From Sphaerodactylus townsendi (lineage: Eukaryota), in the NCBI RefSeq assembly GCF_021028975.2, contig NC_059438.1, positions 28,272,001 to 28,336,000 on the forward strand: a stretch of 64,000 nucleotides of DNA, given 5' to 3'. Of this stretch, positions 25,334 to 40,969 are shown piece after piece. The notes below the pieces were generated by a model. The model worked only from the letters and a program-made list of their open reading frames with translations, ran no database searches and had not been told where the DNA came from. The position numbers were made by a program, and so were the translations under genes. Positions within the stretch are counted from its first letter, which is position 1, and each line of letters opens with the position of its first letter.

Positions 25334-28087
25334 GTGAGTATCTGAGGAAGTCAAAGGGCCTGGTGTTTGACTGTGTTAGGAATGGAGTCGTCAGAGAAAA
25401 AGCCATACCAGATTGATTTATGGTGTGTATAATAGTACTGTTTAGCAATATAGAAACTGTAACATGAAAACAGAGAAATGAATCATGCGTATGGATTCAG
25501 CGCCATGTTCTGAACAAATTGGGAACAAATCCATGATGCAAAATTATATCCACTTCACAGCTTCAAATGTTACACATTTGTCATATCCAACAGCTAAATC
25601 AGTTTGTGCTGTGAGGCCCAGCGAGCCAATGTTTGAGATAAATGACTCCAGAATGGCTGGCTAATAGACGTGCCAGGCAAACATATAATGGTCAAGGTCT
25701 GTGACATGGTATGACCCTCAAAGACAAAATCTTTCCTCAAATGGATTGTGTTTGTCAAATTTTATAATCCACTCCATTGTCTGAAGCTGAATTTAGTAAA
25801 AAGCTGTCTTTAGATTTGCTAGATTTTGTCTAGTACTGCTGCTATTTGAATATGGAAGAATAGAAGTGTTCTAGAAAGTAACAGCGGAATTCTACATATG
25901 TCAGTCTGTGTTAAACAAGTGTGTTCTTAGCACAACAACAGGGAAAAAATAAGCTAACTCGCCACAAACATTTTTATTCATGAATTTGTAGATCTGAGTT
26001 AGGCAAAGTTGGAAAGGTGGAAGGAAGAGTCTGGCCATGAGGGCAGGGCTTGGGCTGGAAATGGGGGAAACGATTGGGGAGAGCAAAAAGGGAGGGGGAG
26101 GGGTGGCATGCAAGGGAGGGAGAGGGAGGGAAGGGGAGGGGTGGCATGCAAGGGAGGGAGGGGAGGGAGTAAGGGGTGGCATGCAGGGGAGAGGAGGGAG
26201 GGATATTTGTAGAGGTTATTTAATATTTTAGAGATGCATATCTCCTGCCCTTTCCATCAATTGATCCTTGAGGCAACTTACAAAACCCACTTTAATAATA
26301 ATATTCAGCAGCCTTTGTTGAATACAGTAGCCAGAGTTTGTTCCCATCACATCTGCAATCCCTGGGCAACTGGTGGGTTGCACAGTGTGTTTGCCCTGGT
26401 GGGGAGAGGGCAGCTGGCTCCCTGTGGCTACTGCTGATTTAGATAATAGCTGTGGCAAAGTTTTGAATGTAACTTGGAGAAATGTCTGTATTGTATCTGA
26501 AAACGGAACTTTCAACCAGTCATGTTTTGGCATATGTAACTTTAGTCAGAACAAAATTTGAAAGTACTGGAAGCCTAATTTTGAACGGTGAGGCACCTTG
26601 AATGCAATGGCAGAAGGAGTCTTCCAAGCATTCTTTGTGTTGGGAATAGGCTGCTTCCGTCAAAGGAACATGCCTCTGCTGGTGGAACAGGACCTGTGTG
26701 ATCTAACCTTGATCTCTGAAGGAGACTACTTGAGCAGTTTGGTTATCTGTTTTCAGTAGTCATGTATTTTCTTCAGAAGTTACTTGAGCCCAGTTCTGTT
26801 ACGTGGCAATGGAATCACCTTGTCAGTATAGACTAGAACTGTGAGTAGTTGGTCAACCAACTAGAAATGTCATTATTTAGTGAAAAAATACATCACTGAC
26901 ATAAATTTAAAAAAAACACACAGAGATATGAGAATACAGCCTTGAGTTGGGTCTGTCAAGGAGCCCTTCAGGGAAATGTGCATCTAGTGCTAAGTTACTT
27001 GATATAGAATCTGCATCCACATAAAATGATTAGATATATTAGTGGCTCCTATAAAATCTTTGGAGTTCCACACTATGTCCCCTATGCAGTCCTTTGCCTT
27101 GAGGTAGGACAGCACCTTCTGGAAACTAGGGCGTGGGTCACCACTTTCAAATTTTGGGTGCGCCTCTGTTTCCATTCCGACTCCCACAGCTTGGTCCAAC
27201 TAGTGATGCATGAACTCCAGACCTCTGACTGGTGGCTACTAACTGAGGCTAAGATCTCATTGGGCCTTGCCTGGGACTTTCTCATGCTCACTGCCAATGA
27301 GGTTCACCTTCAATTAAAAAACAACTATTAGTGGCTCCTCACTTTTGCAAAAGCTATACTTTATAATATGATCAGAAGCGGAAAGCTTTATTATTAACAA
27401 ACGAGGCAAACAATCTTTGTGCCATACATTGTGGAATGTATACCAAAGATCCATGGTAGATCTGCCCTTACAGAAGTCTGCTTCCTCCAAGACAGAATGT
27501 TCAGAAACGAAACCCTCCAGTTTGGTTTGAGAACACTGTATGCAATTTGGCTGCAGTATCAAAGATGCTAAGAAGTTGGAGGCAGTTGAGACAAGACCAG
27601 TTTCCTGTTTTGAATATAGGAACTGCTACACTAGTGGACTAACTGCCTTGGTAGAAAATATTCCTGAAGCTGGCAAAAGGCATGAAAGATCTCTAATGCA
27701 TTTGCCTTTCTGCATGGTTTGACACAGAGTCTTTCAGTGGCTTTCAAGAATCCTTTGGGTTAAGATTGTATGGCTTCTAGTGGAAAGCTCAGTATCCCTT
27801 GTTACAAGCATTCTGTCTTGGAAAGCGTGATTCCATTTTGAACTTCAAAAGCTTGAAGGAGTGCAAGTCGTGGAAGAAATAAAAGTCTGGCTTGCATATT
27901 TAGAATTTAAGATGCTTGTTCAGTGTTGCCTTTCTGGTTGGGCCAATCTTGACTGATGTGTACGTCCTAGAAAGTTGACATTCTTATTGGCTGTGCCCAG
28001 GCTGTAGAAAGAAACCAGTACCTGTTAGCAGTTGGATTATTTGACTCAGTGTCGTGTTGGGCATTAACCTGTATGTCTCTCTGGCAG

Positions 28088-28171
28088 GCCTTGGATTACT
28101 GTCACAGCATGGGGATCATGCACAGAGATGTCAAACCTCACAACGTTATGATTGACCACCAACAGAAAAAG
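28088..28171 (+). CDS. CSNK2A2: CSNK2A2 exon 6 ([28 protein letters not shown])
   Basis: HRD catalytic loop; 84 nt. Confidence 0.98.
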
Positions 28172-28309
28172 GTACTGCTATGAGGAGGCATTTGAAGACA
28201 GCACAGTTGGATCCTTGGTGTAGGCATTGGACTACGTCTACATTCCCAAAGTTGTAGGGTTAAGGCTTCTGTTTTGGGAGGTTTCTGATACTTCCATCAA
28301 CCCATGCAG

Positions 28310-28500
28310 CTGCCTCACACTGAATTAAACCAGTGGTCTTTACAGGTCAGTTTTGTCTGCTCTGACTGGCAGTGGCTGTCCAGGGTCACAGGTGGAACTG
28401 CTCCCCATCACCTTCTGCCTGACCTTCTTAACTGGAGCAGCTAGGAACTGAATGTGGGACTCTGCAGTTGTAAAGCAGATGCTGTGCAGCTGAACAATCC
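28310..28500 (-). mobile_element. tRNA-derived SINE (Squam2-like), diverged
   Basis: Similar to the 48155-48361 copy (tctgactggcagtggctgtccagggtc...). Confidence 0.55.
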
Positions 28501-29947
28501 TGGCCCAGAAGCCAGGGTTTTCCAACTGTGACATTTGTGCAGGCTTGTTGATTTGTTTTAGGTTTGTATGACATTCTTTCATCACATTTGCAAAACAGTT
28601 TACAAACCAAAGAAAAACATTAATGCAGTTATTTGAAATAACCATCCGGGGGAAAGTGTAAACACTTTCCTGCCTTCCAGTTTTGCCGGTGTCTGGGTTC
28701 TAAATAGGGCGATTTATCGTCTGTTCTAAAAGCACAATATTCAGGGGAGGGGAATTAGATGGCCCATTTGCCCAGCACAGCCAGTGCCTGGGAAATGGCA
28801 GAAACTCACCTTTGCTTGATGTTAGATGTGAAGGAGCAGTCATTGCAGTGCATCAGATCAGAAGGCCTGGAGGAGCTTGTATATTCTGTGAGCAAATCCT
28901 AAGACTCCCCCAATGCTCTCAGTGGCCAACAAGGCCTTTATTTATTTCTTTGTTTATTTTATTTGGCTTGTATGCTACCCTTCACCTCATGGTCTTAGGG
29001 TGGCTTCCATCATGTAAAAACAATGAAAGAATTCCTTAAATAACAATGTAAACATAGAGGAAAGCTAAAAGTCAATCTTAAATATACTGAAATTCCAAAA
29101 ACACAGTGACAGCCCAACCAATAAGCAGAATAACAAAATGGAGGAGAAGTGAGGAGAGAGAGGTCTTTGGATGGTGAGAAAACCATAGCTGCTTCAACCA
29201 TATGCCTGGTGGAACAGCTTTATCTTACAGATCTTGTGGAATTGGCTAAAGTACCATAGGACACTGTGTTTTTAAAATTCCTTTTCTTGTGACTCTGTAT
29301 TTTTGAATTCTGTTTCATATTCTCTGACCAGATTTGATGTTTTAGGAACCCCAGGCAGTTATCAGAGGCACACATTACAACGAGACCTTGCTCCCCTTGC
29401 TTTAAAGCTGTTGGTTTCCAAAAATATTGCTTAGGATGTTGATCAAGGAGAAAGCACCATTAAAAAAAACTTCCTTGGGGGGGGAAAAAATCCTGATTTC
29501 CATAGTTTGCCTAGTATCCTTACACATAAAGAGAACCTCTGGCATTGAGTGAACCGCAGGTCACTTGGCTGGTAGGTTGCCAACTGGATCAGGATCTCCC
29601 TGTGCATTAAAGACAACTGCTAGGAATTACCATGTGAGTGAGGCAAGACGCCCAACCTGCATCTGCAAGCAACACTTGTGTGCTGTGCAGAAGGTCAGAG
29701 TGTTGTCCTTGGGGACTGGTGCCTTCCATTTTTGGTTGTTCTCCACAGTCCCGTTCCCAGCATCAGGGAACCATTTTAGACAGCCTTTTAGTTAACAAAT
29801 AAGCCAGCTGGGCACTAGGTGATCCAACCGGCATCTACAACGCTCAACAGATAAAAGCGGCAGAGCAGTGTGAGGCTGCTTAAGTGCTGTGTATTTGGCC
29901 AAAGTGTTTGGCAGACTTCCTGACCTCCTTGTACGGTGTATTCATAG

Positions 29948-30124
<177 letters not shown>

Positions 30125-31689
30125 TAGGTGCCTGGGCATGCCCCAAAAGCTGCAAGAAAAGAGAGAGAGAGAGAGAGAGAACCCTCCCCATACAAGGAAG
30201 GGGCAGAAAAAAGTGGCTGGGTTCAGCGTTTTTGCCACCATCTGGCCACAGACCAAATGTGGGTGGCTTCCTGACACTAATGAAGCGCATACAAAGAGTC
30301 TTTCTCAGTGGTTGCTTCTCTCCTGTCCCTTAGAATCTTAGCCTGGACAGTTTCTAGAAGCGATGGATGCCTCTGCCTACCCTCATTGTATGTGATAGGA
30401 TAGTCGTGTAATAGATTAAAGACTCTGCTATCCAATCGGGCTGCCCTGATCCCAGCTACCCAAGTTCTTCCTTATGTGGTTTTGTTCCCTCTGCAATGAG
30501 GAGGTTTCCCATTAGCTCACCTTTCTGGTCTCAGACAAGGCAGCCTGTTTGCCCTTTCAGTGAGGTTGTAGGGTGTTTTCAGAGACTCGCTCCCTCTAGA
30601 GGCTTTGTTCAACATATTTGACAGGGCAGCTTTTGGTCTCTGAAGGAACTGCTGTTGCAGGAGTGATGGAGGGCAGGAAGTGCCAAAATAACCAGATGGA
30701 AAAATTCACTATAGAGCTAGGGAAGAAATCAGGGAAGAGCTGGCCGTTTTGGCATACTCTTAAGGTCCAAACTACATAGTAACATTTCTTCATGAGTCTG
30801 GTTCAGTTTTAGTTTTTAATGCACATACAGCACCCACACTAGGGCAAATAATACTTCCTGCAGAGCAGTTTTTGATGGTGAAATGGTGGGGGACTGCAGC
30901 CCCTCCTCCCTTACCTTGATTGTTCCCAAAAGCCATCTTGTGACCATTAGAACATCAGAGTTGAGTCAAGGAAACCCAGAAGCCCAGCGCATGGAAATTT
31001 TTTTGTGTAAATTGGAACTAATAGTTGTATCCTTTTACAAAGCACACTGTCTCTCTTCAATCCAGTTAGATGAGCAACTTGGGCTCTGCCCATCTATATT
31101 ATTGGGTTCAAAAAATGACACATGCTGAACCTGCAGTCTAGGAAAGGAAATGGACACAAGGTGGAAGAAACAGTGTGAAAAGCAGAGGTCATGTTGTAAC
31201 GACTGAGTTTGGGTGCTCCCATGGTATATTCAGTGGGACAAGATCTCTGGACTGTAGTACATGCAAAGCTGCTTGGGTGGGTGGAGGGAGGGAGGCTGTT
31301 CTTAGTTGCACTGGTGAAAAAAGACACCTCTATCACACTTAGCCTTCTCTTACCACAGCTAATAGCAACTTTACTGGGATTATTTCTGTGGAGAAAACAT
31401 GATACAGAAAAAGAGTTAACTCACCTTTCCCAGGGCCAATACATTTTGCACTGCCCCTTCTTTGGAAGAAGTGTGTGGGGTGGGGGTGGGATCACGCTCA
31501 TAATCTAGTCATGGATCTCCACATAACATGCAGTTTGCCACTGAGAGAAGAACTGGTAATATGGAATAATAGAATTAGGTGAGAATGTATATGTAAAGGA
31601 CACACTCCTGATCCAAAGCTGCTTCAACAAATTCTGGACCTTCCTTGAAGGCAGCTGATGGCAGCCTATATTTGGGAGTGGGGGGGGGG

Positions 31690-31985
31690 AGGACCAGCAG
31701 CAGTGGCATAGTGGTTAAGAGCAGATGCACTCTAATCTGGAGAACGGGTTTGATTCCCCACTCTGCCACTTGAGCTGTGGAGGCTTATCTGGGGAACTAT
31801 ATTAGCCTGAGCACTCCAGCTGGGTGACCATGGGTGAGTCACAGAGTCTTGGGTGAGTCTTCAAAGCTCTCTGAGCCCCACCCACCTCACATGGTGTTTG
31901 TTGTGGGGGAGGAGATTGTAAGCCTCTGAGTCTCCTTACAGGAGAGAAAGGGTGGGGGGTAATAAATCCAAACTCTTCTTCTTGT
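31690..31985 (+). mobile_element. Squam3-type SINE
   Basis: cagtggcatagtggttaagagc head, aaatccaaactcttcttc tail. Confidence 0.85.
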
Positions 31986-32151
31986 TCTTTGAAAAGTAGG
32001 GAGATGATCTAGGGAGCACTAGTTCACAGCAAAGGCTCTTCTGGAGCAGTTCCTTTCTGGGATTAAAAAAGAAATATTGTATAATAATTATGGAATCTGG
32101 TGCTATAGCTGTGCTGTTTTTGAAAGTCAAGTTGAGTTTCTGAGGGACTAA

Positions 32152-32370
<219 letters not shown>

Positions 32371-32934
32371 TAGTTGTGGAGTACAATGTTTCCCTTCCAT
32401 GCCCATTGTGGAGCTGAATCTAGATGGAATTATATTAAGTATCTTAAGCTTTTGGTGGTGAAAGGAGATCCCAGTTCGTAACCTCTCAATTTAAGGTATT
32501 TTCCTGGACAGTTTGAGTGGAATGTGCTCTCACCCTTGGACCAAAGGACCAAATCACTGGCTTTCTATCTTTCCCGTAAAATTATGGTATTTCCTATTAA
32601 GTAGTAGTGGCTCGTCTGTCCAGCAAGGGGATGCAGAGCTCATTTCTTTCCTTTGACTTCCCAATACATGGTTTTTAAGCAAAGCCAAACCTGCAGTCAC
32701 CAAGCAGAGCTATTCTAGATGCCCTGCAATGTCTGCCAAAAGCACAGGTGAGCACTGAATTTGGGCTGTCCTGCTCCTTCTTTCCTGCAGGTTTGAGAAT
32801 TTAAAGAGAAATTAAAACCGCTCTTTGTTCTTAGAAAATTCCTTTTCGTGGCAATCACAGCAGGCTCAGGAAAGGTTGCCCTTTGCCCTGCACCTGCTCG
32901 TCATCCTTGAACTGGGAGTGCTTGAGCCAGCTAG

Positions 32935-33126
<192 letters not shown>

Positions 33127-35066
33127 TAAGCTCTTGGGGTTTATATTTTTGACCGGGAAGAGAGTGGTACAGCTAGTGTGATGTTTGGCCTTCTCTCTTT
33201 CACAGGCAGATGCCGCTTTCCTTCCTTTCTGTAGCCTGTGCATTTCTAAGCCCAGACAGATTTTCTTTTTTCTCTTGCTCTGTTTTATTTTGCACTGTTG
33301 CGTGAGGTTTTGGTTCTCTATTTACTCTCTTGTTCTATTGTGTGGCATCCTCTCTTTGAGAATGTAAAATGTAGCTGTTCGCCAAGTGCCTCTTGAGCAC
33401 GAGACACACAGATCCCTGGTACAGAAGAGAGCAAAAGAAAAAGATGACTTCAGTCGGATGAGCAAAAGCCAGATATGCATTTCAAGATGTTGCCTGGTAC
33501 CTGGTAAAGAGTCTCCAGCTTTGATCATGGGAGAACTATCAAGTTTTTTTCTTTTTCTGTCTGCCTGGCCAGGGATCTGTGCATCTGAATCCGGGCTGAC
33601 TAACTGCTTCTGCTTATATTCATAAAGAGCAAATGCTGGGTTTTTTCCCTCTCCTCTTTTGGCCCGGCAGTCATTGGTGGAACTTGAAACCTGTCTTTGC
33701 ACCATCTAATCCAATTTAGCTCACAGCACGTCCCGTTTTCCATTTTGGAGCTACAACTGCAGACTTGGATCGTTGCCACTGTGGCTGGAGGCCCCACCCC
33801 ACCCCTCTCTCTCTTTTTTTTTTTAACTGAATGTCCAGCTTGTTGAATCCTTCTAGAGCATTTGGGATCTTGAATAATAAACTGTGATCTTTTGGCTGTT
33901 TCTGATAAAAAATACTTCATGATTTTTTGGATCAGCCTATACCATTGTGGCTCTTTGCATATCTTGTGTATTGACAGACTTGTCTCCAGTTCTGTTGTAA
34001 CTGGGTATGAGTAGATTCCTTCAGTTCCTGCGTGGTGGTGTTCTACAATATTACTTTAAATCCTCTTCAGTTGCCTTCCAGCATCAAATAACAACTTTGG
34101 GCAAGTAGATTACAGGTTTCACAATGGAACAAAATTCCTTGGAGATTTTAAAATGTTTTCAATTTTAAACTGCTTCCTTAAAAGGAAAAAAAGCCATCTC
34201 TTTAAACTATCTTCACGGAAACGCAACAGAACGTCGATACTATGCAGCATGAAAAAGAAATTTCAAAGCCAAATCCCTTGAGCATCAAAACCATTTTTTA
34301 TATTTGTTTGTAATTTTGACAAATAAAGGACTAGTTTTGAAGTGGTTTATAATCAAGGGTTTTTTTTGTACATATTTTCTGAAGAATCCCAGATTCTGAC
34401 ATGATGGTGTCTTCTCCAGTATCGATTTTCACTAATGTGAAGCCCTAAAATATTGGGGGGACAGTTCAGCACAGGTGGAATCGTGGTGGAGTCTTAAAGC
34501 CTGGACTAGGAAACCAGTTGATTCCTCCAAATATTTGTTAGAGAACTGATTACAAAACTGAATTTTATGGAGCTTTTGGCCTGTGCTTGTAACAGTATGT
34601 TCAAATGCCCATAAAATGTGATTGTCTAAACAGTTCTCTAGTAAATGTTTAATGCGCAACAGTTTTAAACAAAGATATATCGGCTTAATATAACTTTGTT
34701 TGCATTTTGTTGTGTGTAATTGATTTTCCTGTCCATACAGATCTTTACATAAATAAATGAGAAACCATTTTGATAAGGAGAAGCCGCAACTCTCTGTGTC
34801 TTTCCCAAAGGAGAATCAAATCACATAATTTTCTTTTTTTTGACACATGGAAATGTCTGCATTTTTAGTACCTTGAAGAAAGTTGCAGAATCTTCGTAAA
34901 AGATGGAAAGTTTTTACTCTGGGCCAGTGTTACTTAATGTTGAAAACAAATGAGCGATCCAGATCTGTCCTGGCTGGGAGTTAGGTTTGAAAAACGATGG
35001 GTCTCTTTTCTGGGTTCTAGCATTTCATTTCTTTCCCCTAGAGGTTGTTTCAGCACAACAAAGTGA

Positions 35067-35291
<225 letters not shown>

Positions 35292-36768
35292 TAATTGTTT
35301 ATTCAGGCTATATAGTAAAGTTTTGAGCTAGTGGGCTACCATTTTCCAATTATTTTGACCTTTTGAGAAAGGAACATTCTGATTTAAAAGAAGTCAGCAA
35401 TAATTTTGCATGTGATTTGCAGAACTACTGAAAAACAAACCTGATGTATGTAGATTTTTGTGAAAATCTTTTAAAATCAAAGCTGAAGATTCTGACTAAA
35501 GGTCCAGGAAGAATGTGTTAATTGGAGCATGGGCATGTTCTGAGTTGGAAGTCCAGTTTTAAGTTGCCTAGATGCAGCTTCTGGGAGAACTGAAAATTTT
35601 GTTCTGTATATAACAGCACTAGCAATGGCACTTCAAAGCTTCATAAGCAAAGATGTCTGGTTCCTCTCCATCCTCTTGCCCCGCCCCCCTGTGGAGAGTG
35701 GAGTCAGGCAGTTCTTCATGTCTAGACTTGGTTTAAATTGGGAGAGAGATCATGGGAAATCAGACCAGAAATTACCAGTAAGTTCCTCCATTGCAGTTAG
35801 TTAGAACTGTTTCTGCTTGGCGTTACTCTGAGGCTGCTCCTCTGTTATGGAACAGGCTCCGTGAGGATGAGAGCGAGGCCCAAACGGAAGACATTCCAGA
35901 TTGTCTGCAAAGAGCTTTTCTGACATGTTTTTGATGGCTCGTTCAGAGGGGTTCTGGTTTGATTAGTTTTACTTGCATTTTTGTAGAATTGAGGTTTTAG
36001 CTGGTTTTGATGAATGGAAGGCACTCTGTGTTCATTGATGGGAGAAAAGCAGGATGTGAAAAATTCAAAAGTATCAAGCATTTCATGGGTTTTGAAGAGG
36101 GATATCGAAGTAATATCAAGTTGGTGCATTTGGAGTTGCCTTTTTCTGATCAGATCACATAGAGTACAGGAACTGGTCCATTTTTACTTCATACGTTGCC
36201 TGCCTTTCTTGCTGAGACTCGAGGCAAATTACAAAATATAGACATTTGTTCAAATGAACAGGAAAGACCTGCAGTAAACATTGCAACAGGAGTGGGATTG
36301 GAGAATTAGAATGCAAGAAAAGATGGTGTAAGCCTAGGCAATAAAAAGTCTGAGGCATGACACAGCGTTGGAAATATGGTTACAGTGCAGATGGTCTCTT
36401 TTCTCTGAGATTTGGTTCACACATGCCTGTTGCTCCAGTGATGTCTCATCACCTGCTGCTTCAGCTAAATCTTCAAACTGTCAAGAGGACATACTTCTCA
36501 GAAGGGCATCACAAAGCATTGGTGAATGCCGCTTTAAACCAGGATTACACCAATGCTGTACTGAGATTCCATGAAAAATTGTCAGGTGTGACAGAACTCT
36601 TGAGGAGTGGGGGAAGTTGAGATACTTAGCCCTACTGGGGTTCACTTACTCTGGAAGTAGCTTTCTGGCTTCTTTGGGGTACTCCAGGGAAAACCTCTCC
36701 CTTTCCAAAAGGGTCAGATCATAGGTTCTGGTCCGTGAATCTCAGTAACCTCTTCTCCTCTCCTGCAG

Positions 36769-36845
36769 ATCCAGTTGTGAAGGAGCAGGCCCAGCCCAGC
36801 TCCGACAGTTCTGTGCTCTCCAGTGGCCTAACAGCTGCACGATGA
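36769..36845 (+). CDS. CSNK2A2: CSNK2A2 exon 11, last coding part (YPVVKEQAQPSSDSSVLSSGLTAAR*)
   Basis: C-terminus SSGLTAAR diagnostic of alpha'; TGA at 36843-36845; exon sum 1053 nt = 350 aa + stop. Confidence 0.97.
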
Positions 36846-39800
36846 AGTTTGGGAAACGACGGGTAATTCCAGAGGTTTACAAATACACCTTCAGTCCCCC
36901 AGGGAAAGGGTGAACCAAACCCATGCGTTCAGCAGAAGCCTCGTCTTGAAGGGGGGTCAGGGCTTCGCCTCCATCTCTCTTCAGCACTTATGGCTACCCT
37001 AAGTTTCTCCTTGTGTTACCAAAGCCCTGACATCAGACAGTGAGCAAGATTTGTGTGGATATGGTGTGCGCTGCACCAGTGGGCTCTGGGTGATTCTGCA
37101 GTTTCCTACACCCCCTCTTCTAACTGGCCATTTTTCCTGTTCTTCCATCAGGCAACTTTTGGATCCCCACCCCCACCCCCACCCCCACCCCACCGGAATG
37201 TAGCATGCACTCCACTAAAACAAGCCTTTGTGTCATTAGGCATAATCAAAAGCAAGCCCAGCAAGTGGTGGGTGTCACTCCTGTTTCCTCCTGATCTCAA
37301 TTCGACCCTCAACATCCCCCCCCCCGCCCCCCCGAGTTTTTTAAGCAGCACATTTTGGAAGTGGTTCGATTCAATCAGGCCGGTATTCTTCAAAACACAT
37401 TTAGAACAGGCAGCTGTTGAGGAGAATCCTCATTGTCCCTTTCTTTGTAGGGAAGGGTCTACTTTAGCAGGAGAAAAAACTGAAGGAGCTTCCTGTAGTT
37501 CTTGTGTGGCAAGACGTATTAGCTAGAAAAAAACCGTGTTGTAATTCCCAGCGATGTGCATTTTTCAGGATTGTTTTGATTCCAGCAGCTTCACGGTGTG
37601 TGGAGATGTAAAGAGGCCATGCGGGCAAGGAGGCCAGCAGGAAACTTTGGAAGCCAGAAACAGAGGGGGCTGTTCAGGTGTACAGCTCCTGTATCCAGGG
37701 TTTAGATTCCCGTAGTTGTTTTTACATGACAGTCCAGTGTTGGAGCTGTTCCTTTGGGGAAGGGGTATGAGATGCTGCGTATTGTTTTTTTTCCATTTGG
37801 GTCTCTTTCTGAGCCCCATAGTTATTGTTTTGGAGGGGGGATTATCTTACGCGACTCCGGTGACCTCAGAATTAAGTCCGCAGTTTCTGTCGCCGTGCCT
37901 AAGTGCAGATTCCCCCCTCCTTTCATTGCATTGTTAAATATTTAATTTAACTAATAAGGTTAGACTGTCTTTATTTGAAACATCTGTTTACATTCCACAT
38001 CCCAAGAACAAGTTAGCATTGATATCAGGTCAGATCCACTTGTACAATTCACTGGAACCAATAAATCTCTCTAAATACAAACTTGTCTTGTCCTCAGTCT
38101 AGTCTCTGGGAAGGGAAGGAAAGGATTTGTGTAGGGGTGAGAGCTCTCTTCGGTGCTTAGGAGGTGAACCCTCTTGGAGCCCTGCATCTTAGAAATTAAA
38201 TGGTTAGCAAAGGCATGGAGTAATATATTAGATGTGGAAATTGGGGACCGGAGTGCAAGCGGCTGATGACTGAGATTGGTACTCTTGGCTTCATCCAAGT
38301 TTGCTAAATGGAGGCCAGCGAGATCTGGTCTTGAAGTTGTAAGAGCCCAAGAATCCCCCAAGTCTTACGCCTAGGATAGCTGTGATGATAACTATGACTC
38401 CTCTTCTTCCTGCGTGCTGGAATCTTTTCCTTTCTGAATATTTGGATGGAGTTGCTGTGTTCTTAGGCTGCATTGGTAGCAGCATGTATCAAAGCAATGC
38501 ACTCTCCAGAGAGCTTCTTTTCACTAGACCCCCACAAGAAGGCCCTGGTAGCCATACGGTGGAGTTTCCCTGATAGGTTCTAGTCACTGTCCTCTAGCCA
38601 TAGCTTATTCTTAATCCATTCACCATCTGCTGTCTCCCTGGAAGCAACAATAATCTGTTGCAATTCCTAATGTATTCTTAAAACAGTGACTTCAAACTAA
38701 ATAGTGTAAACATGCCCGAAGCACAGGCCAAACAGAGCTTGTGTTTTGGAACTCTGTGTCCTGTGCCTGAAATAGTGAACTTCAGTACGGGAAGTCTAAA
38801 AGGATTCCTGCATTGTGTCAACTTCTCTTGTTCTCTCTCTGTTGGATATAACTTAATGGGCTTCCTAGTTCGGAAAGCCCTGATTTTTGTGTTCCCCAAT
38901 ATTTGGCTTTTCCTAGAGCAGTAAAACAGTCAGGAAAGGCAGCACTGAACAGTCTTCTTTGTACAGTGAGAGTTACTCCCATAGGGGCTGGGGGAGGCTA
39001 GAAGCTGTGTCCAACGATCCTCAAAGTATCCTCAGTTATCAGTGAAATGTGGAATAGGTTTTATGAGGTGGCTAATTCTCCTCAACCTCCGTCATCTGTG
39101 GTCCCAAAGAGTGTTGTGAGCACCAATTAATGTGTGTTTTTACATAGCCACGGTCAAGCTAAACCCACTCACCAACAGCTGGCATGGGAAGTGTGTGAGG
39201 GAGGGGGCATCCTTGAAAAGGTGGACTACTGTTTCAGCTTCAGACATCATTCATGGCACTTCTTCCTGCTGCGACCTCACCCACCCATCCCAGGAGAGAA
39301 GTCTTCAGGGGCTCTTCATCACCCATTATGTGTTTTCCACCCCCTTTTTGTACACATGCCACTTTGCTGTGCATCACAGTACACATGTAGCCAATCACCT
39401 ACATCCAGGTCACTGAGATGAAGAGAAGTTACCAGCAGAGCACAAGAGGACGGCACAGGAGTGCAAGCCAAGCTTTTCGCCCATGGGACCTCCAGTCCAG
39501 TAGTGCCTCACACTCTCTAGCATTAGGCCACCATGAGAGGCGCTGCAAACGGGGCTGTGTGTACCGTTTGCATAAAAATAGTTACAGTTCTGTGCTAAGA
39601 AAAACTGGATTGTGTGTTCTGTGTAAGTTATACACAGTTGTTGTTTTTTTATATTAAACTTTTATACCGCCCCATCCCCGAAGGGCTCTGGGCAGTGCAC
39701 AACATATAAAATACAATATAAAATGATAACATATAAAAGCAGCGATAAAAATTTCCAAGTCTTAGTCCAATTTTAAAAATTCAAAAATTTGAATTTAAAT

Positions 39801-40969
39801 TTAAGTGTGAGGTGGCGTCCAGCAATCCAGTAACATAAAGTCCCTCCCTCCCCACGAAAAAGTTGTATGTCCTTTTTTGCATACTGAGGAGGACTATGCA
39901 TTTCCTGGAAGCCTTGCCTCTCTTTGGCTTGTGACTTTAGCACACATTACCCAAAGAATCCATAATACCAATGCCACTTTCTGGTGTGTTCTGTAGCAAA
40001 TCCTCTGAAGACTCCCCCAAAGCACATAAACGCACCTTGGGTGTGGGGCAGTTGACGTCCGGTTCTTTCCTGTATGCTGACCTGAGCAAGGCTGTTAATG
40101 ATAGGATGCCATCTGAAAGTCATTGATTCATAAGGTCACCCATGTCTTCATGGCACATAACACGCATGTGTAGTCCTGGCATTAAATTAAAAAGGGATAC
40201 TGGAATGGCCAATGTTCCTTTACCGTCAGGAGAGCTGACACACATCATACCCAAGAATCCTTGAGAGGCAAGCCCTGTCCACGTACTGGTCCCCTACTAC
40301 CGTAGCATGTAAGCAGATTCTGCCCTGTCCAGTCCTTGAAGTTCATCATATAGGGTGCTGCACAGGCTACTGGGTAAATTATTCTTTAGTACTGGAATTC
40401 TAGTATAAGCAATAATTCTAGTAAGCGTGATTCTAATGAGTATACAATCAATCTCTAAGGTATGAGCGAGTTCCTCTCTGTTAATCCTGCCTTCTGAATT
40501 CACCTTCCTGCCTGATGTTCTGGATGCTTACCAGAAAAAAAAACCTTGGGGAAAGTCTAGCTTTCGTAGAAAGGGCCTGGAGGAGCTATTTTATTGCTCA
40601 AACTGGGATCTAGCACTCAATGAAGAGGGGCAAAAATGTAAGGTGGCAATTAAAAATGTGAATTGGGATGAGAACAGTTTGAGCTTCTCACTCCAATTGC
40701 TCACTCAAACACATCACAATTTTGGGACAACTCCAGCAGAGGCATTGTCACTTCCTTTGTGGATGGGAGAAGCCCTGGCAGAAAGGTTGGTGCTATGCCG
40801 TTGGTACCTCCATGGGGAAAGGGCAGGGGTTGGACCAGCAGGCCCTAGGTGATGCATGCATGCACGTACGTTCATCCCTGTGCCCTTGTTCATGTTACTA
40901 ACCCTTCTGGCTACACAATGCTGCCAGTCCCAGCTTTGTGTTTGATGTTCGCTTCCCATTTTTCCCCAG

